From contig NC_043003.1 of the NCBI RefSeq assembly GCF_006345805.1, positions 35,774,001-35,838,000 on the forward strand: a stretch of DNA of 64,000 nucleotides, written 5' to 3'. How positions within the stretch are numbered: position 1 is the first letter of the stretch; each line of letters begins with the position of its first letter. A model generated the notes under the pieces. It searched no databases and was not told where the DNA came from. It saw only the letters and a program-made list of their open reading frames with translations. Source of the stretch: Octopus sinensis. Lineage: Eukaryota. Below are positions 1 through 14,485 of the stretch, one piece after another. The translations under genes and the position numbers were made by a program.

Positions 1-2517
1 TATCATTACCAACAACATCACCAGCAGCAGTGAAAACAAAAACAGCTATCAATCATCGGCAACAATGCCATCTACTCTTATAGCTACTTTAAAGCATGTA
101 ATAACTACATTAACGAAAATGCAGAGACTACAGATAATCAATCTTTATGGAAAACATATTCAACAGCATTTTCTACAATGTTCACGAGAAAGTGGACTCC
201 TTCAAACATCACAAACCTTGAAATTTCCATGGAGATACCATTGCATTCTCCGTTCTCAGGGAGTCGGGTGAAAAGACAACCAAGCCTATATGTTCGATAC
301 TTGAGACCCGAGTTGAAATTTGGCTGATTTAAATCATAGTCCTGTCAGGTGAAAATCAGCAGAAATAAGAGTTTCAACAAAAAGTATAATGTAATCAGCA
401 TCATCAGCAACTACCTCAACACGAACAGCAAATCCAACAATATCCAAAGAACACCAACAACAGGAACAATGCATAAAATAACAATAAATTCCAATGATTA
501 TTGTTACAGTAGAAACCGTGAACATTTACTAAACTCCTCAATTTTGCTATTTCATAAAATTAGAAACACAACAAAATAAGCAGAAGCAAAAGAAAGCAGA
601 TGTCTGGTAGACAGATCAAAAAGTGAAAATGACACACACGTTGATGTGACAACATAACACAAATAATTTCAAAAACTATCACCAACACCGAATGATCGGA
701 AAAGCATTTAAAACTATTCCAGTTGCCATAATTTTGTAGGCGCCAAAATTTTAAAGGAGAGAATAAAAAATGATATGAACTGTATCCCAAAACGAGCCAC
801 ATGAACAGTTAGGTAAACGGCTTGCTACCACTCTTATCGGATGTAAAATTATCAGTGACTCAGCGAGATGTTAACGTCTCTCAATAAATTATAATGTTTC
901 CAAATATTTGGTAGCGAGTAAATGTTTACATGCGTCAAGTGGACTTAAACTAGAGCCGGTTCTCCAGAATATCTCAATGGGTTTCTTTATTTTACTGATA
1001 GTGACAGCAGACGATATTAAGAATTCAGATCGTTGACTGCACAGACCACAAGTGTATTGATACACAAGTTAAGACTAGATTATATAGAGGGAAACCCGGT
1101 CAATTTGAAGCTTATATGCCGTTTCTGATGCGAAAATGCTTCTGAAACTGGTTGGTGCGTTTCTTATACAATATTTGAGTGGGATTTTAAAAATTTAGTT
1201 TCAAATAGTTGTTATAAAAAGGATGATGATAATAATAAGTAAATAAATAAATAAATATTCACATTATTTTGAAGCATTTCGTGACCAATTCTTAAAATAG
1301 TTGTCACGTATATTCCATCTGCTTTAATGCAAGAAAAGAATGTGTTAAGCGTCTCTTATACATTTTACTATAAATTGCCATATCCTCAAAGCCACGTTTT
1401 TGATGGCACAAAGAATCTATACAATCAGCCGTTCATAAAGTCCCATGAACTGCGTTATACAAACCAACAACTGACAAAATCAATAAACGACGAATTAATA
1501 AAATTGGTAAGAATGTAGCAAAAGAAGCTCATATTGTTGAACGCCCCAAACTTCATTTAAACTTGATGAATCAAACTCTACCGAAAGCTTACTTTTATAG
1601 TAGCTTCGGTTTACAGGCGAAGACATCTGGCATGTAACTAAAGGACATGTGCATTGAAGAAGATTTTAATAAGAAAAAGTGTTCGTATAAATTTAATAAT
1701 AGAGACAAAAATAAGGCCTGTCTTACCACCGTGGATAGATTGTTCATTTAAAAATATGCAGTACCAAATTTAGTCCTGGAGCTTTGTGTAGTTCATCAGT
1801 AATACTTTGTTGCAAAGAAAATCTTGCTATTTTACACTAAAACGCACTCGATGTTGAAAGACGCCTGTCTGAGTTGATTTTATATACTCTTTCAAACAGG
1901 ATTTAAACTCTTTGAAAACAAAAATGTTTTCCAGCGAAGCAACTTGAAAGCAAATATCTCAGATTATATTTGAAGTTCAAATATAATTTCAAGTTCAATG
2001 AAAATAAGTTGAAGCTGCAAGGTAAGCAACTGAATTCGATGAAAACGAAAGCTGTTTTATGTGCATTTGTTTCAAAGATTGGCTTGTTGAGACTCAGTTT
2101 GAAAAGTGGGGAAAAAGGAGCAAATGACTCAGTCGGACGTAGAGATTTGGAGATGCTGCTAAAATATGAACTGGATATAAAAATATATTAGCCTCCTTAC
2201 ATGAAACCTGTTTTTCACATTAATGAATCGAGTAATTTGTATAATTATATTGCCTTTTGCAATATAATGGTTTCAAACGTTTTTAAAATTCGAATTCAAT
2301 TCCAATTTCAAATACCAGGTTTAAGCGACTTTAATCGTCGCACTGGATATCCCGCAGGGCAAGTTCCTTCCTCGAAAAACAATACAATACTTTAGATAAC
2401 ATCTCTTTGAATATTATACAGGATGGCTACGGCTGGAATTATTTAGATCATTTTATATAATTTTAACAATTACAAGTTTACACTCCGCCTCCCAAATTAT
2501 AATTATCAAATTGCGCA

Positions 2518-2561
<44 letters not shown>

Positions 2562-3649
2562 TATATATGTATGTATGTATGTATGTCTGTCTGTATGTAT
2601 GTATATATTTATTATTATGATATATTATTATATTATTGTACTCATAGACTTCCATAGTCGCTTCCACACTGTAACTTAGAACGCCATCTGGCTTGTTTAT
2701 AAATATTGTCATATTAGACAGTTGAAGTATATATACGTAAAATTTGGCTGAAATTGACGGTTGAGCTGTTAGCCCAATCGGATACGGATGTGGCTATTTA
2801 AGCATTGATATGTGGGTTCAATTCTGGTCAGGCTTAGTTCATTATTTTTCAGTTAATTTGTTTATATATCACGTCACTTAATTCGGTGAAATTATCATAT
2901 GTTATTATTGTACTAATAGATTTCCTTACTCACTTTCTCTCTGTAAGTTACAAATCCTTCTAGTTTGTTTATAAATGTTATATATAAATATGTATGTGTG
3001 TGGATACTTTTAAATACATCCAATAGAAAATACAAGTATTTAGTATCTAATTTTTGCAACTTATTGTCTGAGACATGATATCCGAGAAGTATGGGTATCA
3101 CTAAATAATGGCATGGAAATAAGTTGGACGTATAAGTAACAATGTTAATGGAAATATCTTACATAACTGACGATGAGAGAAAATTACGGAAAAACTATAC
3201 TCTAAAATGAAACGGTGAAATATAACTGGTAGCACATATCTCAAATGGAGCAGGGATAATTAAAGAAAGTTATAGATTTTTCTTCATAGTCTGACAAGAG
3301 GTTTATTGCTTAGTGGGGTAGAAGGGACTATGCCACATCATAATAAATATGTCAATTCTAGTCAAAAATATTAATAAAAATATCAGTCAATTACACATCC
3401 TGAATAAGAATAATATCGTTGGACGCAGTGGTGAAATGTATGTATCCTGTGGAAGCATCGATTATCTCCGAAGAATAAACTTCTCAGTGAACCATAGCAT
3501 GTTTTGTAATTTTTTATTTTATGCATATTGACTATTACATTCTAGCGTATTTTCGGAGGAGATATATCTAATTACATGGGCGGTAGATGTTCAGAATCCA
3601 CTTCTCATAAAATGCTTTGAAATATTCAGTTAAATATAAGGAGGGGAGA

Positions 3650-3838
3650 TGGGAGAATCGATAGTACGTTGGGAAAATGCTTAGCAGCATTCCGTCCATC
3701 TCTGTTCAAATTCAGCCGAGGTTGACTTTGCCTTTCATCCTTTCGGAGTGGATAAATTAAGTACCAGTGAAATACTGGGGTCGATGAAATAGACTACTTC
3801 ATTCCCCAAAATTTCAAACCTTGTGCCTATACTAGAAT
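3650..3838 (+). mobile_element. tRNA-derived SINE, family A (Deu/Nin-like central domain)
   Basis: B-box-like gttcaaattc, then ccgaggttgactttgcctttcatcctttcggagtggataaattaagtaccag...ctggggtcgat, a block repeated at many loci in the window; followed by an (ATT)n tail. Confidence 0.85.
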
Positions 3839-3840
3839 GG

Positions 3841-3846
3841 ATTATG

Positions 3847-3891
<45 letters not shown>

Positions 3892-3897
3892 GTTATT

Positions 3898-3963
<66 letters not shown>

Positions 3964-3967
3964 GTTG

Positions 3968-4001
<34 letters not shown>

Positions 4002-4005
4002 CATT
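3841..4005. repeat. (ATT)n/(GTT)n compound microsatellite
   Basis: Directly visible; gives the poly-I/V/Y/C ORFs at 3735-4205. Confidence 0.98.
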
Positions 4006-4009
4006 ACGT

Positions 4010-4205
4010 CAGCGAGCTGGCAGAATCTTTACCACTTCGTACAAAATGCTTTGAGGCATCTCATCGGTCTAACGTACTGAGTTCAAATGCCACTGCTGTC
4101 GACTTTGCTCTTCATCATTTTCCGGTCGATAAGATAAATACCAGTCATGTACTGATGTCATGGATTTATTCCCCCCCCCCCGAAATTGGTGGCCTTGTGC
4201 CTTAA
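4010..4205 (+). mobile_element. SINE family A, diverged copy
   Basis: Head gcgagctggcagaatc (A-box-like), gagttcaaatgcc (B-box-like), gtcgactttgc central block. Confidence 0.8.
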
Positions 4206-4989
4206 TTGGTAATCAGTGTTAAGCTATTTATTATAAGATATGGTGTTCTATCCAGCTGTAGTCAAACAAAATCAATAATACCCTTAAAGTTGATGCCCCA
4301 ACATAGCCTCAGTTCAATTACTATATTCAGTGTGCGAATAGCCAGTGTTTTTATTTGTTCCAGTAAGAACTTTCGTGCGTATGTTTCTCTAGATTTTCTG
4401 CAGGGATGTATATAAAGTGGGGAGGGGAAGAAAAAGAAAGGAAAGTAAAGAACAAAAGCGACATAATAAAAAGAAAATTAAGAAGACTGAGAAAGGTGAG
4501 GGTTAGAAATAAAATAAGAAAATAAAAAAATCACAGGTCTAGAATTATTCTAACGAAGTGACTATAACAAACATGACAAAAGAATTACCACAGCATTTTG
4601 GAAGACAATTCAACCACTGCTACGGCTACAAGAAATTTCAATCATACAAATGAGGGTTAAGCCGAGTTCCCATTAGTGATGACATTGCTGTACGATTGGT
4701 CCTGGACAATCAACTAAATAACGGATAGGAGAAGATGGAGGTTAGGAAAGAGAATCAGGTTTTATCAACGTTCGTTATCGAATGGTGTAATTCCTATAAA
4801 TAGATGTTAAAACTTTCCTCAAGTCATATTCATATTGCCATGCTGGATATTTTGAAACGTTTTGTATAGTTCTCGGCCCCAAATTTCTTTGAAATCTTCT
4901 GATCTGGTTGTCGTATTTAACCCAGAGTTTCCATGTGAAGTATGCATATGATATTTTTCAAGCATTTTCAAGATAGAGGAGAAACAAAT

Positions 4990-5620
4990 GCCTTTTATCT
5001 TAATTGATAGGTATAATTAAAATATTACTTCCCCTTATTATTGATAACATAACTGTATCTATTTGGCAAATTGTTGATCTCCTTGAGTGCATAATGCTTC
5101 AAGTTTCGAAGAAAAGTAGCACTCGATACCGTTTTCAATCTCGTTTTAAACTGATATCTCACTTTATAATGTTACCAGGATCTGAAAAGGTGATAATCAG
5201 ATGGATCAAGGTCATGAAAGTAATAGGATCGAGGCAAAACATTTATATTGTCATAATATTTTCCTGAGTGACTCGAATAATATGTGGTCTTGTATTTACG
5301 TATAAAAGCAACACCCTTTACGATTGACGGATAATGGGTGCTTTTGTTCTGTTCATTTTTGTACAAGGTTACAATTGACCACAAATATTATGCATTAACT
5401 ATTTCGCTTTGGTCTAATGCAAACCTTTGTTTCATATCTCACTAAGCACAGAAAAGTTTTTCTGTGCGTAGGCGTAGTTTAAGGATGGAGTCTCCTTTCT
5501 TATTAAATGCTAACCATTTTCATTATCGTTAGATGTTATTGCAGAGAATCCAGTTTTCTTACTTGTGGTGACTCTAACCAGTGAATGTGCTCTAGTAAGT
5601 GTATTTTCAATGACACGAAG
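4990..5620 (-). mobile_element. Degenerate mariner transposase, C-terminal part
   Basis: Minus-strand ORF 5172-5384 contains YFHDLDPSDYHLFRS, matching the mariner YSPDLAPSDYHLFRS motif; rest broken by stops and frameshifts; boundaries approximate. Confidence 0.65.
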
Positions 5621-6420
5621 AGGGCAACAATTTGAGAAGGACACAGATGATGAGGGACCAGCTGACGAAGTTAAGACATTTTAATTAGTTCGTGGAGGTG
5701 TTTTATGATCAATGTATGAATAGAATTGAACTGATTGCATCCCTAATTTTCGGGTAGTTTGTTCTTTTTTTATTTTCTTTAACTTCAGTTTTCAGAATCT
5801 CAATAATCACTTGGTCGGCTAGATTCATAGAAATCTGCGAGGGAAAAATAAATTACCAAACCATCGTTCCCATCCCCGGACACTTAAAGCTTCATTTCCA
5901 TTGACAATGAACATTTCTTGCCGTTTCCATTGCTGAACATCTCACTTTGAATTCAAACAATGTAGCAGGGTCTGATACGAGACGGATGTACAATAATGTC
6001 TAAAAGGGTGAAATCGATATGACTGTGGGATAAAGTGGTCTACAAATTAAGATCGAACATTAGAATATACAAATTAATGTTTTTTTTTACTGAAATTACA
6101 GAAAAACTACACTGAAAGTGATCATGGCGAAAATACATTTGGAAGTTCTTTCCACAGAAGTGGGAGACAGAGGGAAGAAGCCATACACCTACATGCATGT
6201 ATATACATACATACATAAACACTGAAGTCTACCAATCTATATATCTAACTCTCTTTCTGTTTGCATACACACACACACACACACACGACCTCGAACACAC
6301 AAGTGCAAACAAGGGAGTCAGAGAAAGGCAGAATGCCACTTATATCTGAACACTACTATAGAAATATTCCTTTTAAAAAAACTTTTCTTCTAATTTTTCT
6401 AAATTTAATTATTTAATCGT

Positions 6421-6460
6421 TACAGTTGAAAAGGTCTCAAAATGACCGAAACCGGTACTG
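6421..6460 (+). ncRNA. Decayed minimal type I hammerhead motif (Penelope-type)
   Basis: cag-TTGAAAA-ggtc(tcaaaat)gacc-GAAA-CcgGTA-ctg: stem II 4 bp, GAAA intact, palindromic stem III accggt, GUA triplet; core differs from CUGAAGA at two positions. Confidence 0.5.
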
Positions 6461-6514
6461 AAAGATTCACTATAAAATTATCTTAGCATTTTCTATTTTT
6501 GACTTGTTTTTTCA

Positions 6515-6522
6515 TATATATA

Positions 6523-6600
<78 letters not shown>

Positions 6601-6650
6601 ATGCATATATGCATATATGTATGTATGCATGTATGTATGTATAAATGCAT
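6515..6650. repeat. (TA)n/(TG)n/(TATG)n microsatellite
   Basis: Directly visible. Confidence 0.97.
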
Positions 6651-7124
6651 ACATGCGTACGTGCGTGGTGTAACATAATAACAATGAGTAGATCACACGT
6701 CAATTTGGAACTATGAACGCTGACCTAACCGCACAAAATGGAAAGCGAATAGCTGTCAAGCTTAACCTGAGAACGTCATGCTTACGCCTTTTGGAAAGCA
6801 TGACTAAAGGGTGAACTACATATTCATTGGCTTAGTTATGCCATAAAGAAACAATGTTAGTAAAGATGCTTCAATATATTTACCAATCTATGAAACCGAG
6901 CATCCTATTCATCTCCCAATTTTCTCATAAATTTTCAGTTTTTTTTTAGTCATCAGGAAAGCATAACCGTTTTATATGAATCTCTATGAGTAGCCCTGCA
7001 ATTCATCAATCGCGATGATAAAAATTCTTCTTGGAGACTTTAATGCATGTATCAGAAGGACCTACGAATCATGGTCAGATATCATCGGAACGGAAGAAGT
7101 TGGTGATTGCAACGAAAATATATT

Positions 7125-7322
7125 GTTACTCCTGCAAATTTGTCCGCAAATTAGCGGCATTTCGACCGCCTTTACTTTCTGAATTCAAATTCCCCCAAGG
7201 TCCGACTTTGCCTTTGTTCCTTTTAGGGGTCGATAAAAATAAAATACCAGTCATGTACTGGGTCGATGTAATCAACTATTCCCATCTCCACAAAATTTTA
7301 GGCCTTGAGCCTATAGTAGGCA
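7125..7322 (+). mobile_element. SINE family A, diverged copy
   Basis: ttagcggcatttcg...gaattcaaattcc...gactttgcctttg...ggggtcgata...ctgggtcgatgtaatc. Confidence 0.75.
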
Positions 7323-8368
7323 CGCTCTAGACATAATCATCTTTGAGCCTTCCATTTCATTTTTGTTGGATGTTTTAAAATTAGTTGTTCGAACTTATTG
7401 TTTAATGTCTTGAAGCTAAATTGTAACTGACTGTAAGGAAATATAAATCTAGAAATCACTTTTCCCCGAGATCATTTCTTTTGTTTTACTTGCTCGAAAA
7501 TGGATAAAAGTATTACAATGGTTTATGATATTAAGTTCAAATCAGCGTAGATCAGTAAGAATTCTGCCCTTGTAACATTAAGTAGCATGCATTGACATGA
7601 ACAATACCAAGAAATAAATCGAACATAACTGAAAACAAGCTATGGACACAAGCAATTTACAGAACAGTGACAGAATAATATAGAAATGTCTATAAAACAG
7701 CCGATCAAGAAGAGAAATTACCTTCTTTTACTACTATATTGATGAAAAATGAGCATAAACCGACCAGGATAAAATCCATAAATCATATAGAAGATATATA
7801 TAAATTATTCCGGCATCTATAGCTGTTGTTTTTGATTTGTTCTTTGGAAACTATAAGAGATGTACGACTTCTTCCTCAGCAAAAGAATAGTATATCTGAA
7901 TTAACAGCGGAATCGGGAAAGTAACGTGTTTCTTACAATAAACCTTTCGAAAGTGCCAAAGCTTGCTGTCACTAGAATACACCCTCGAACAGTTGGTAAT
8001 CTGCTAGCAATGTATTTATCAACTGTATCTAAGAGAATGTCGAAAACACGGGTTATTTCTTAATATTTGATATTGTCTCTAGCTTTGTGATATTAGCTGT
8101 AAGAGAATTGATAAGTGAAGCAAATGATTATCATAATGACCAGGTGAAAAGATATTTTACTGCTAATGAGACTGGAAAAATATAATGATATAGTTTAGTT
8201 TATGTTTAAATGTCACGAATGTAGTTTCCCTTCTCTGTAATAGGGGGGGGGGAAGATCAACTATAATGCATCCAAGTGGTCGAAAGACTTACTAGAAATA
8301 ACAGCCAAATATTTTTTGAAATCCGTCCTTGCCATCTATCATGAAGCCAAAACTAGGGATAAGATATA

Positions 8369-9616
8369 CGAAGGTGGGCTGAAAATTTCATAGGCCAACT
8401 ATGAAGGAGTGATGCTAAAACTGTGCAATCCTGTAGGCATTAATTTCTTCTTAATAACTGTATTGGTTCTTTCGGAGTAAACTGATATATGAAGGCTTCA
8501 GAAATAATTAGTAGCGACTTCTCTTGAAAATGAAAAAAAATTGACATTGTGACATACTTAAGTATGTGGAGAAAAGGGTTTAGCCCCCAAACCACATGCA
8601 TTCTGACATGCTACATTAGGGGATGAGACTCCAGTTTTGTAAACAGTGCAATAGCGTGTAGCTCAATTTAGGAGTTGAAGAAAGAACTTGAATATGATCC
8701 AACGTCTGGACGTCCAGCAGGTACCACCACAGAACAAAAACATTGATTGTGTTCACCACATGATGACAGATGATAGGTGATTGACTATAAATCGAATAGC
8801 CAATGTAAACTAGCATACTCTGTGAATGAATTGAGAATATTCTGCACAGTAATCTTAGCATAACGATGGTTTCTACTCGGTAGACGCCACGTCTGTGACA
8901 CCTGATGAAATGCGCACCCGACTGATCACTCCACAGAAAAAGTCTGACATTGTTTACGGCAGATCCAACTGGTTTCTTTGAACGTTTCCGGAATGAGTCT
9001 TGGCTTTATCATTTTGAGCCAAAACAAAGAGACAATCCACGCAATGAAAATACCGGTTCTCCTCTGCTCCTAAGATAGCCAATGTCGTCCATCAGCAGTG
9101 AGAAAGGATGGCCTCAATTTCATTGAATACAAAAGGCTTTGTGTTCATTGACTATCTTTAAACGAGCTACACCATTACTGGAGAGTATTATGTCAACTTG
9201 TTGAGGCACTTGCGAAAGGCTATCAAAACGAAACGCCCAAGAGAAGTGGTGAAATGTTTTTTTCTTTAATCTGAACAATGCTCTCGCGCACATGTCCTTG
9301 TTTTCAATGGCTGCTGTGCCTTAATTGTGGCCTTGAATTGGTTGTTCTCTTGATTTGGCCCCATCTGATTATCTATTATCTGTTCCCCAGCATGAAAAAG
9401 CACTTGGTTCGGAATCAGTGTCGCAGTAATGATGACGTCATATGTGCTGTTGATGACCTTTTTGACCGACAAAATGAAAGTTCCTTTAGCAATGGAATCC
9501 AATTACTGCAACACCGATGAAAGAAGTGTGTGATACGTATTGGGGACCCTGTTGAAAAATAAAGTCATTTCATGGGTGTATCTTTGTCAGTCTACTACCT
9601 CTTCACCCGAATCGCG
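8369..9616 (+). mobile_element. Near full-length degenerate mariner (IS630-Tc1-mariner) element
   Basis: About 1.25 kb between TA dinucleotides with weakly matching ends (tacgaaggtgggctgaaa / ttcacccgaatcgcgta); broken frames give SGRP, ESWLYHFEP and DLAPSD...LFPSMKKHL motifs. Confidence 0.8.
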
Positions 9617-10613
9617 TACTATGCCAGAAAAACGAAAACCAAGTCATGACCAATTGTGATCTTCGATCTAAGCTACCAGAGATCACTGGTTGATACGACA
9701 ACGACGAAAACAATAACAACAAGAACTGTAACATCAAAACAATCAGAAAAACAATCACAAAAATAAGAACTGTAAATTCTGACAGATATTTTCGGTATCA
9801 GTAGAGTTTATTTCTAGGAGCTATATTAAATTTGCTTTCTCTATTAAGAGTTTCTCTTCACAGCGTGGAATTTTCCGGATATTTAAAGATCATGTACGTA
9901 TTACAGAGAGTAAGATTCCCACAAATTTCTTGGAAAAGTATAGGCTATACAATTTATCTCTTGAAGCCGCTCTTCACGTAGTATTCTTCGAACTCGGTTG
10001 AAATCACGGCAATTTTCACCGAAGTGAAAGATAAACTCTAGATTATAAGGGAGTTCAAATAATAATTGGGTGGTGTTATTAAGAGAAAAAACACATAGTG
10101 TATATGTTTAGCACAGATTATTACCATGATAAAGATAGACTACTACTGACTTAAGTGGTGAATTAAGCACGTTGATTAGATTTTAGTAACGGTATAGGAT
10201 AAGTATATTTAGAAATGTAGTGTCTGATGAAGTAGCAGTTTATAAAAGAAATTCATGAATATAAACACGGTTTTAAGGTGAACAGTGTCAAGTGTCAACC
10301 AGTGTATATAAGAAATAAGTAGGACTTAACATTTATGAAATCGAGTTTATGCAAATTTTTAAACGCTTTTAAACTCACAAGTATTATAGAATGGGACAAT
10401 GAATGTGTGTGTGTGAGTATGTGCGTGTCTGTGTATGTGCGTGTGTGTGTTTGTGCGAGTGTGTGTGCATGTGTTAGTATCTCTGAAAGAGCGTTACTGC
10501 TTTTATGAATATAAATTCTCTCTGTTGTACAGGTAGACAGAACAAAGAGAGAGGAAAAAGAGAGCCGCCAAATTCATTACAAACTTTGTAATTGATTATT
10601 TTGCAATTAAGAT

Positions 10614-10653
<40 letters not shown>

Positions 10654-10844
10654 TTATACATATGAGCGGCTGGTTGTTGCACATGCAAACTCTCCCTTCA
10701 GATGCGTCTCTGGAATCTATAAGTTTTCGTACTGGCACTCGGCTCTGGAAGCACACCTGTTTATAGTAGAAAGAGTTCTCAGCAAAAGAAAGTGATTACT
10801 TTACTGTTGTTCTTTTATCATTCATTTATCTATTTCTCTCTCGA

Positions 10845-10863
10845 AATCTATCTATCTATCTAA

Positions 10864-10939
<76 letters not shown>

Positions 10940-10970
10940 ATATCTATCTATCTATCTATCTATCTATGTA

Positions 10971-11026
<56 letters not shown>

Positions 11027-11140
11027 GTATACATACATACATACATATAGATAGACAGATAGATAGAGAGAGAGAGAGAGAGAGAAAGATAGATAGATAG
11101 ATAGATAGATATATAGACACAAACACCCACACACACGCAC
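10845..11140. repeat. (TATC)n/(TC)n/(TA)n/(GATA)n compound microsatellite
   Basis: Directly visible. Confidence 0.97.
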
Positions 11141-13194
11141 GAACACACATATATTAATGAATGTATGTATGTAAGTACGTATGTATGTATGGATGGATGG
11201 ATGGATGGGTGGATGAATAGTTGTATGCATGTTTTTGTACGTACCTAAATCAGAAGATGAGCGTCTTACGATATAACCATGATAAACACCTACGATATTT
11301 TACTTAATGTGGGTCAGCTTCTTCTTAAATACTTATAACACCAATCACACGTTTTGATTTCTACATTCACACTTCTATTTACCCACCTGTAAATGCATGT
11401 GTGTGGTGTGTCTATATTATTTTACGATAAACCTGCATCTCTCTCCTTCTCTCTCTCTCTCTCCCTCTCTTTGTGACTTTATTTCAAGTGGATAATTTTG
11501 TTGTCGTTACCTAAAGGAAGACGACCCTTATCTTCTGCCTTGGCTCATCTGTCACACCTGTATGTATAGTGCAGTAATGATAACCTGACTATACCCTACA
11601 ACAATGCACTACATACATCTACATACGTCCCAGACTTTTACCCACCCATCTGACAGACCAGGTATACAATCCAATGCCTACATGCATCCATAAAATTTGA
11701 TGATGCTACAAACAGCATAAATGCCCAATTTAAGTGCACGCGTACACACGGATACACTGATATACACATGATCTCACCTTAAACCTACAAACATGCTTCC
11801 ATCGTAACACCTTTACCACAACATAATACTCTAGACAAATACTCAGCGCATCAGTAATCCTACACATCTACGCACATACTCGAAACTCAATATCGAAAGA
11901 TCCCGTCTACGTTGTCTTTTCGATCCCAAGGGATATGTTTTTTTTGTTTCCTTTTTCCCGCAGATATTACTAGAGTTATATCTATGACTTTTACCCCTGT
12001 AGAGAACCTTGTGCGCGCGCGAGCGTATATACGTGAATCTCATATTTGCGCACAAATACTTACATTCATGCTTATCTGTGTTCACGTTGAAATCTTTTGA
12101 AATACGTATAGAATATCTTTTATAAAATATTAGAAAACAAAAGTGTAATTTTCTAATTTTTCTTCACTCGTAAGATATAAAAAAAGTTAGCAGTGATATA
12201 GAGGATATAAGCGAGACAGAGAGACAGACAGATACAGAGGAATAGAGATGGACAAAGCGATAGAATACCAGTGAAGGAAATTGTGTAAGAGTGAAAGAGA
12301 AAAAGTCACATTAAGATCAGAAAAGAAAGAAAGCAGTCAGGAAGAGAAAGAAAAAAAGGGGCAGAAATATACAAAACAAAAGAAAGCGAGAAAGAGGACT
12401 TGGGATGAGTAAGATTATGGAAGACAACAACACATATGAGACAGGGAAAGGTCAAAAGATAAATATACAAAGAAAAATATGTGGGATCAAATCAAGGCAT
12501 GGAAATATACAAAGAAATATGTAAAGTATTTATTAATCCGCATTTATATCGAACTGGAAGTGCCTATGAATGTGTGTAAATAGGGCAAAAGATAATCTTG
12601 GAAAATAATAGAAAGACAGAAGCGCCAAACGCGAAAAATGAACGTGTCACTGCTCTTTCACTATGGTTCCTTACAAAAGTTTCAATTCAGAAGATGAATG
12701 TGTATGCAAATATAATTTTATGAATATATTTTGCTTTCGCTAGCAGTTCCATTTTCATCATTGGAAATAATGCTTATTTGAATGTAGAGAAAAGGACAGA
12801 ATTACAAGCAAAATGACAGAGTGTAAGGAAGAGAGAAATTGTTGTCTGTGACTAAACACTCAATCCGTTTGCCCTACAATGATGTATGTAGTGATTCTGC
12901 TGAAAGTGTAGGAAAATAAAGAAATAAAAGGATTATAGGTTAAAAATCGCGTGTATGCGTGAGGTTATAGAAAATGATGAAAGTTACAAGGCAAAGTAAG
13001 ACACATACAAAATTAATGAAAAATACCTTAGTGCATATTTTATTTATGTGCATGTGTATAGCTATGTCCGCGTTTCCCTTGATGGACACCAGTATAAACC
13101 TGGTCGTTGATTTACGTTCCTCTGTGTCCCCAAGATAAGTGAATAATTCGGTGTTATAAAATTAACATCAGAAACAAATCAATTTTTGGATCTA

Positions 13195-13516
13195 TGGCAC
13201 ACCGTCGGTTACAACGACGTGTGTTCCAGTTGATCCGACCAACGGAACAACCTGCTAGTTAAATTAACGTGCGAGTGGCTGAGCACTCCACAGACACGCG
13301 TACCATTATTGCATTTCCAAGGGAGATTCAGCGGAACACAGAATATGATAAGGGCGGCCCTCTGAATTACAGGTACAACTCGTTTTTGCCAGCTGTGTGG
13401 ATTAGAGCAATATGAAATAAAATGTCCTCATCAAGGACAAAACGCACCGCCAGGATTCGAACTAACGATCTTACGATCGTGAGGCAGTTGCCCTAAACAC
13501 TAAGTCATGCGCCTTC
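13195..13516 (-). mobile_element. tRNA-derived SINE, family C (CORE-like segment)
   Basis: Minus strand: ggcgcatgacttagtgtttaggg (A-box-like), gttcgaatcc (B box), gtccttgatgaggacatt (CORE-like); 3' part matches 28488-28672. Confidence 0.75.
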
Positions 13517-14100
13517 GCTTTTGTGTCTACATGTTTGATTAAAACCCTTGAAAGTTTACCCCCATCAAGCCCGCTGTTTCATAGCTTTACTCAGGATTAT
13601 AATATATTCCTATATACACGTGTGCGTGCGCGCGTGTGCACGTATGTAAGTCTGCGCGTGCAATTTCTTTAATAACCATCGAATAATTCATGTACAGTGT
13701 TAACCTTTCGTCTATACTTAATCCGTACAGATTAACCCTCGTTTCATTAATCCTCATCAAAATTTACTTTAATATGCCCTGCTACAGACAGGCAATTAAT
13801 TTTTATCAAACTCATATCCTGAATCGAAAGTACCTTTTATTACCGAAAGTTTATTTACTCTGGAGTTTACCTTATTAAGCATATCCAGAGGTATGTACTA
13901 TCAGTTAAGACAATAATCCTCGGATTGTTTCACTGACTGTTATAATTTGAAGGACCTCAGACAATTGGCATGATGATAAAATAGATGTGATAATGAATTG
14001 GACAATTAGAGTGATAATGAAATACTGGTGGAATGAGTAACAATAAAACTATAAAATTGTTTTGCTGATAAACAAACTGGTACAATCCAATAATTTGTTA

Positions 14101-14485
14101 TCTGCTCTCTATATAAACGGCAGTTTGTCTGTGCGTGTTTCTGTGTGTCTGTTTGCTTGTACCCTCACCCTGACCACGGCTTTCAACCGATTCTGATGAA
14201 ACTTGACACACACATAGCCCAATGTCATAATTCAAAACTAACGCAGCGAAAATTTTGAAAAGTTCCCCCAGTTCTGAAAAAAATCGATAAATTCGACATG
14301 GGGTCGAGAATCAGGAATACGAACCACAAACTGTCTAGGGGACGCAACTCTACCTTTTTTAAATCTCAAAAAAAAATTTACCATCATTTTTTCCATTTTT
14401 TTGCTATTTTTTGGCTATAACTCTCTAAAAATGCTTTATAGTTATTTCCCTTACAAACCTGAGCAACGCCGGGCGATACTGCTAG
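14101..14485 (+). mobile_element. Non-autonomous Helitron-like element
   Basis: A|TC start at 14101; ends in GC hairpin cctgagcaacgccggg then CTAG|T (14482-14485); no TSD; 3' end nearly matches the Helitron end at 38764-38791. Confidence 0.75.

Noticed and set aside
34-327. Stop-free frame ending SRVKR-QPSLYVRYLRPELKFG*, resembling a furin site plus an amidated pyroGlu peptide
   Set aside because: No signal peptide or clear splice acceptor, an upstream in-frame stop at 31-33, low-complexity context and no recognised neuropeptide family; likely chance.
10220-10270. ctgatga...gaaa-ttcatgaata hammerhead-like motif
   Set aside because: No credible stem II, and stem I pairing is offset by 3 nt.
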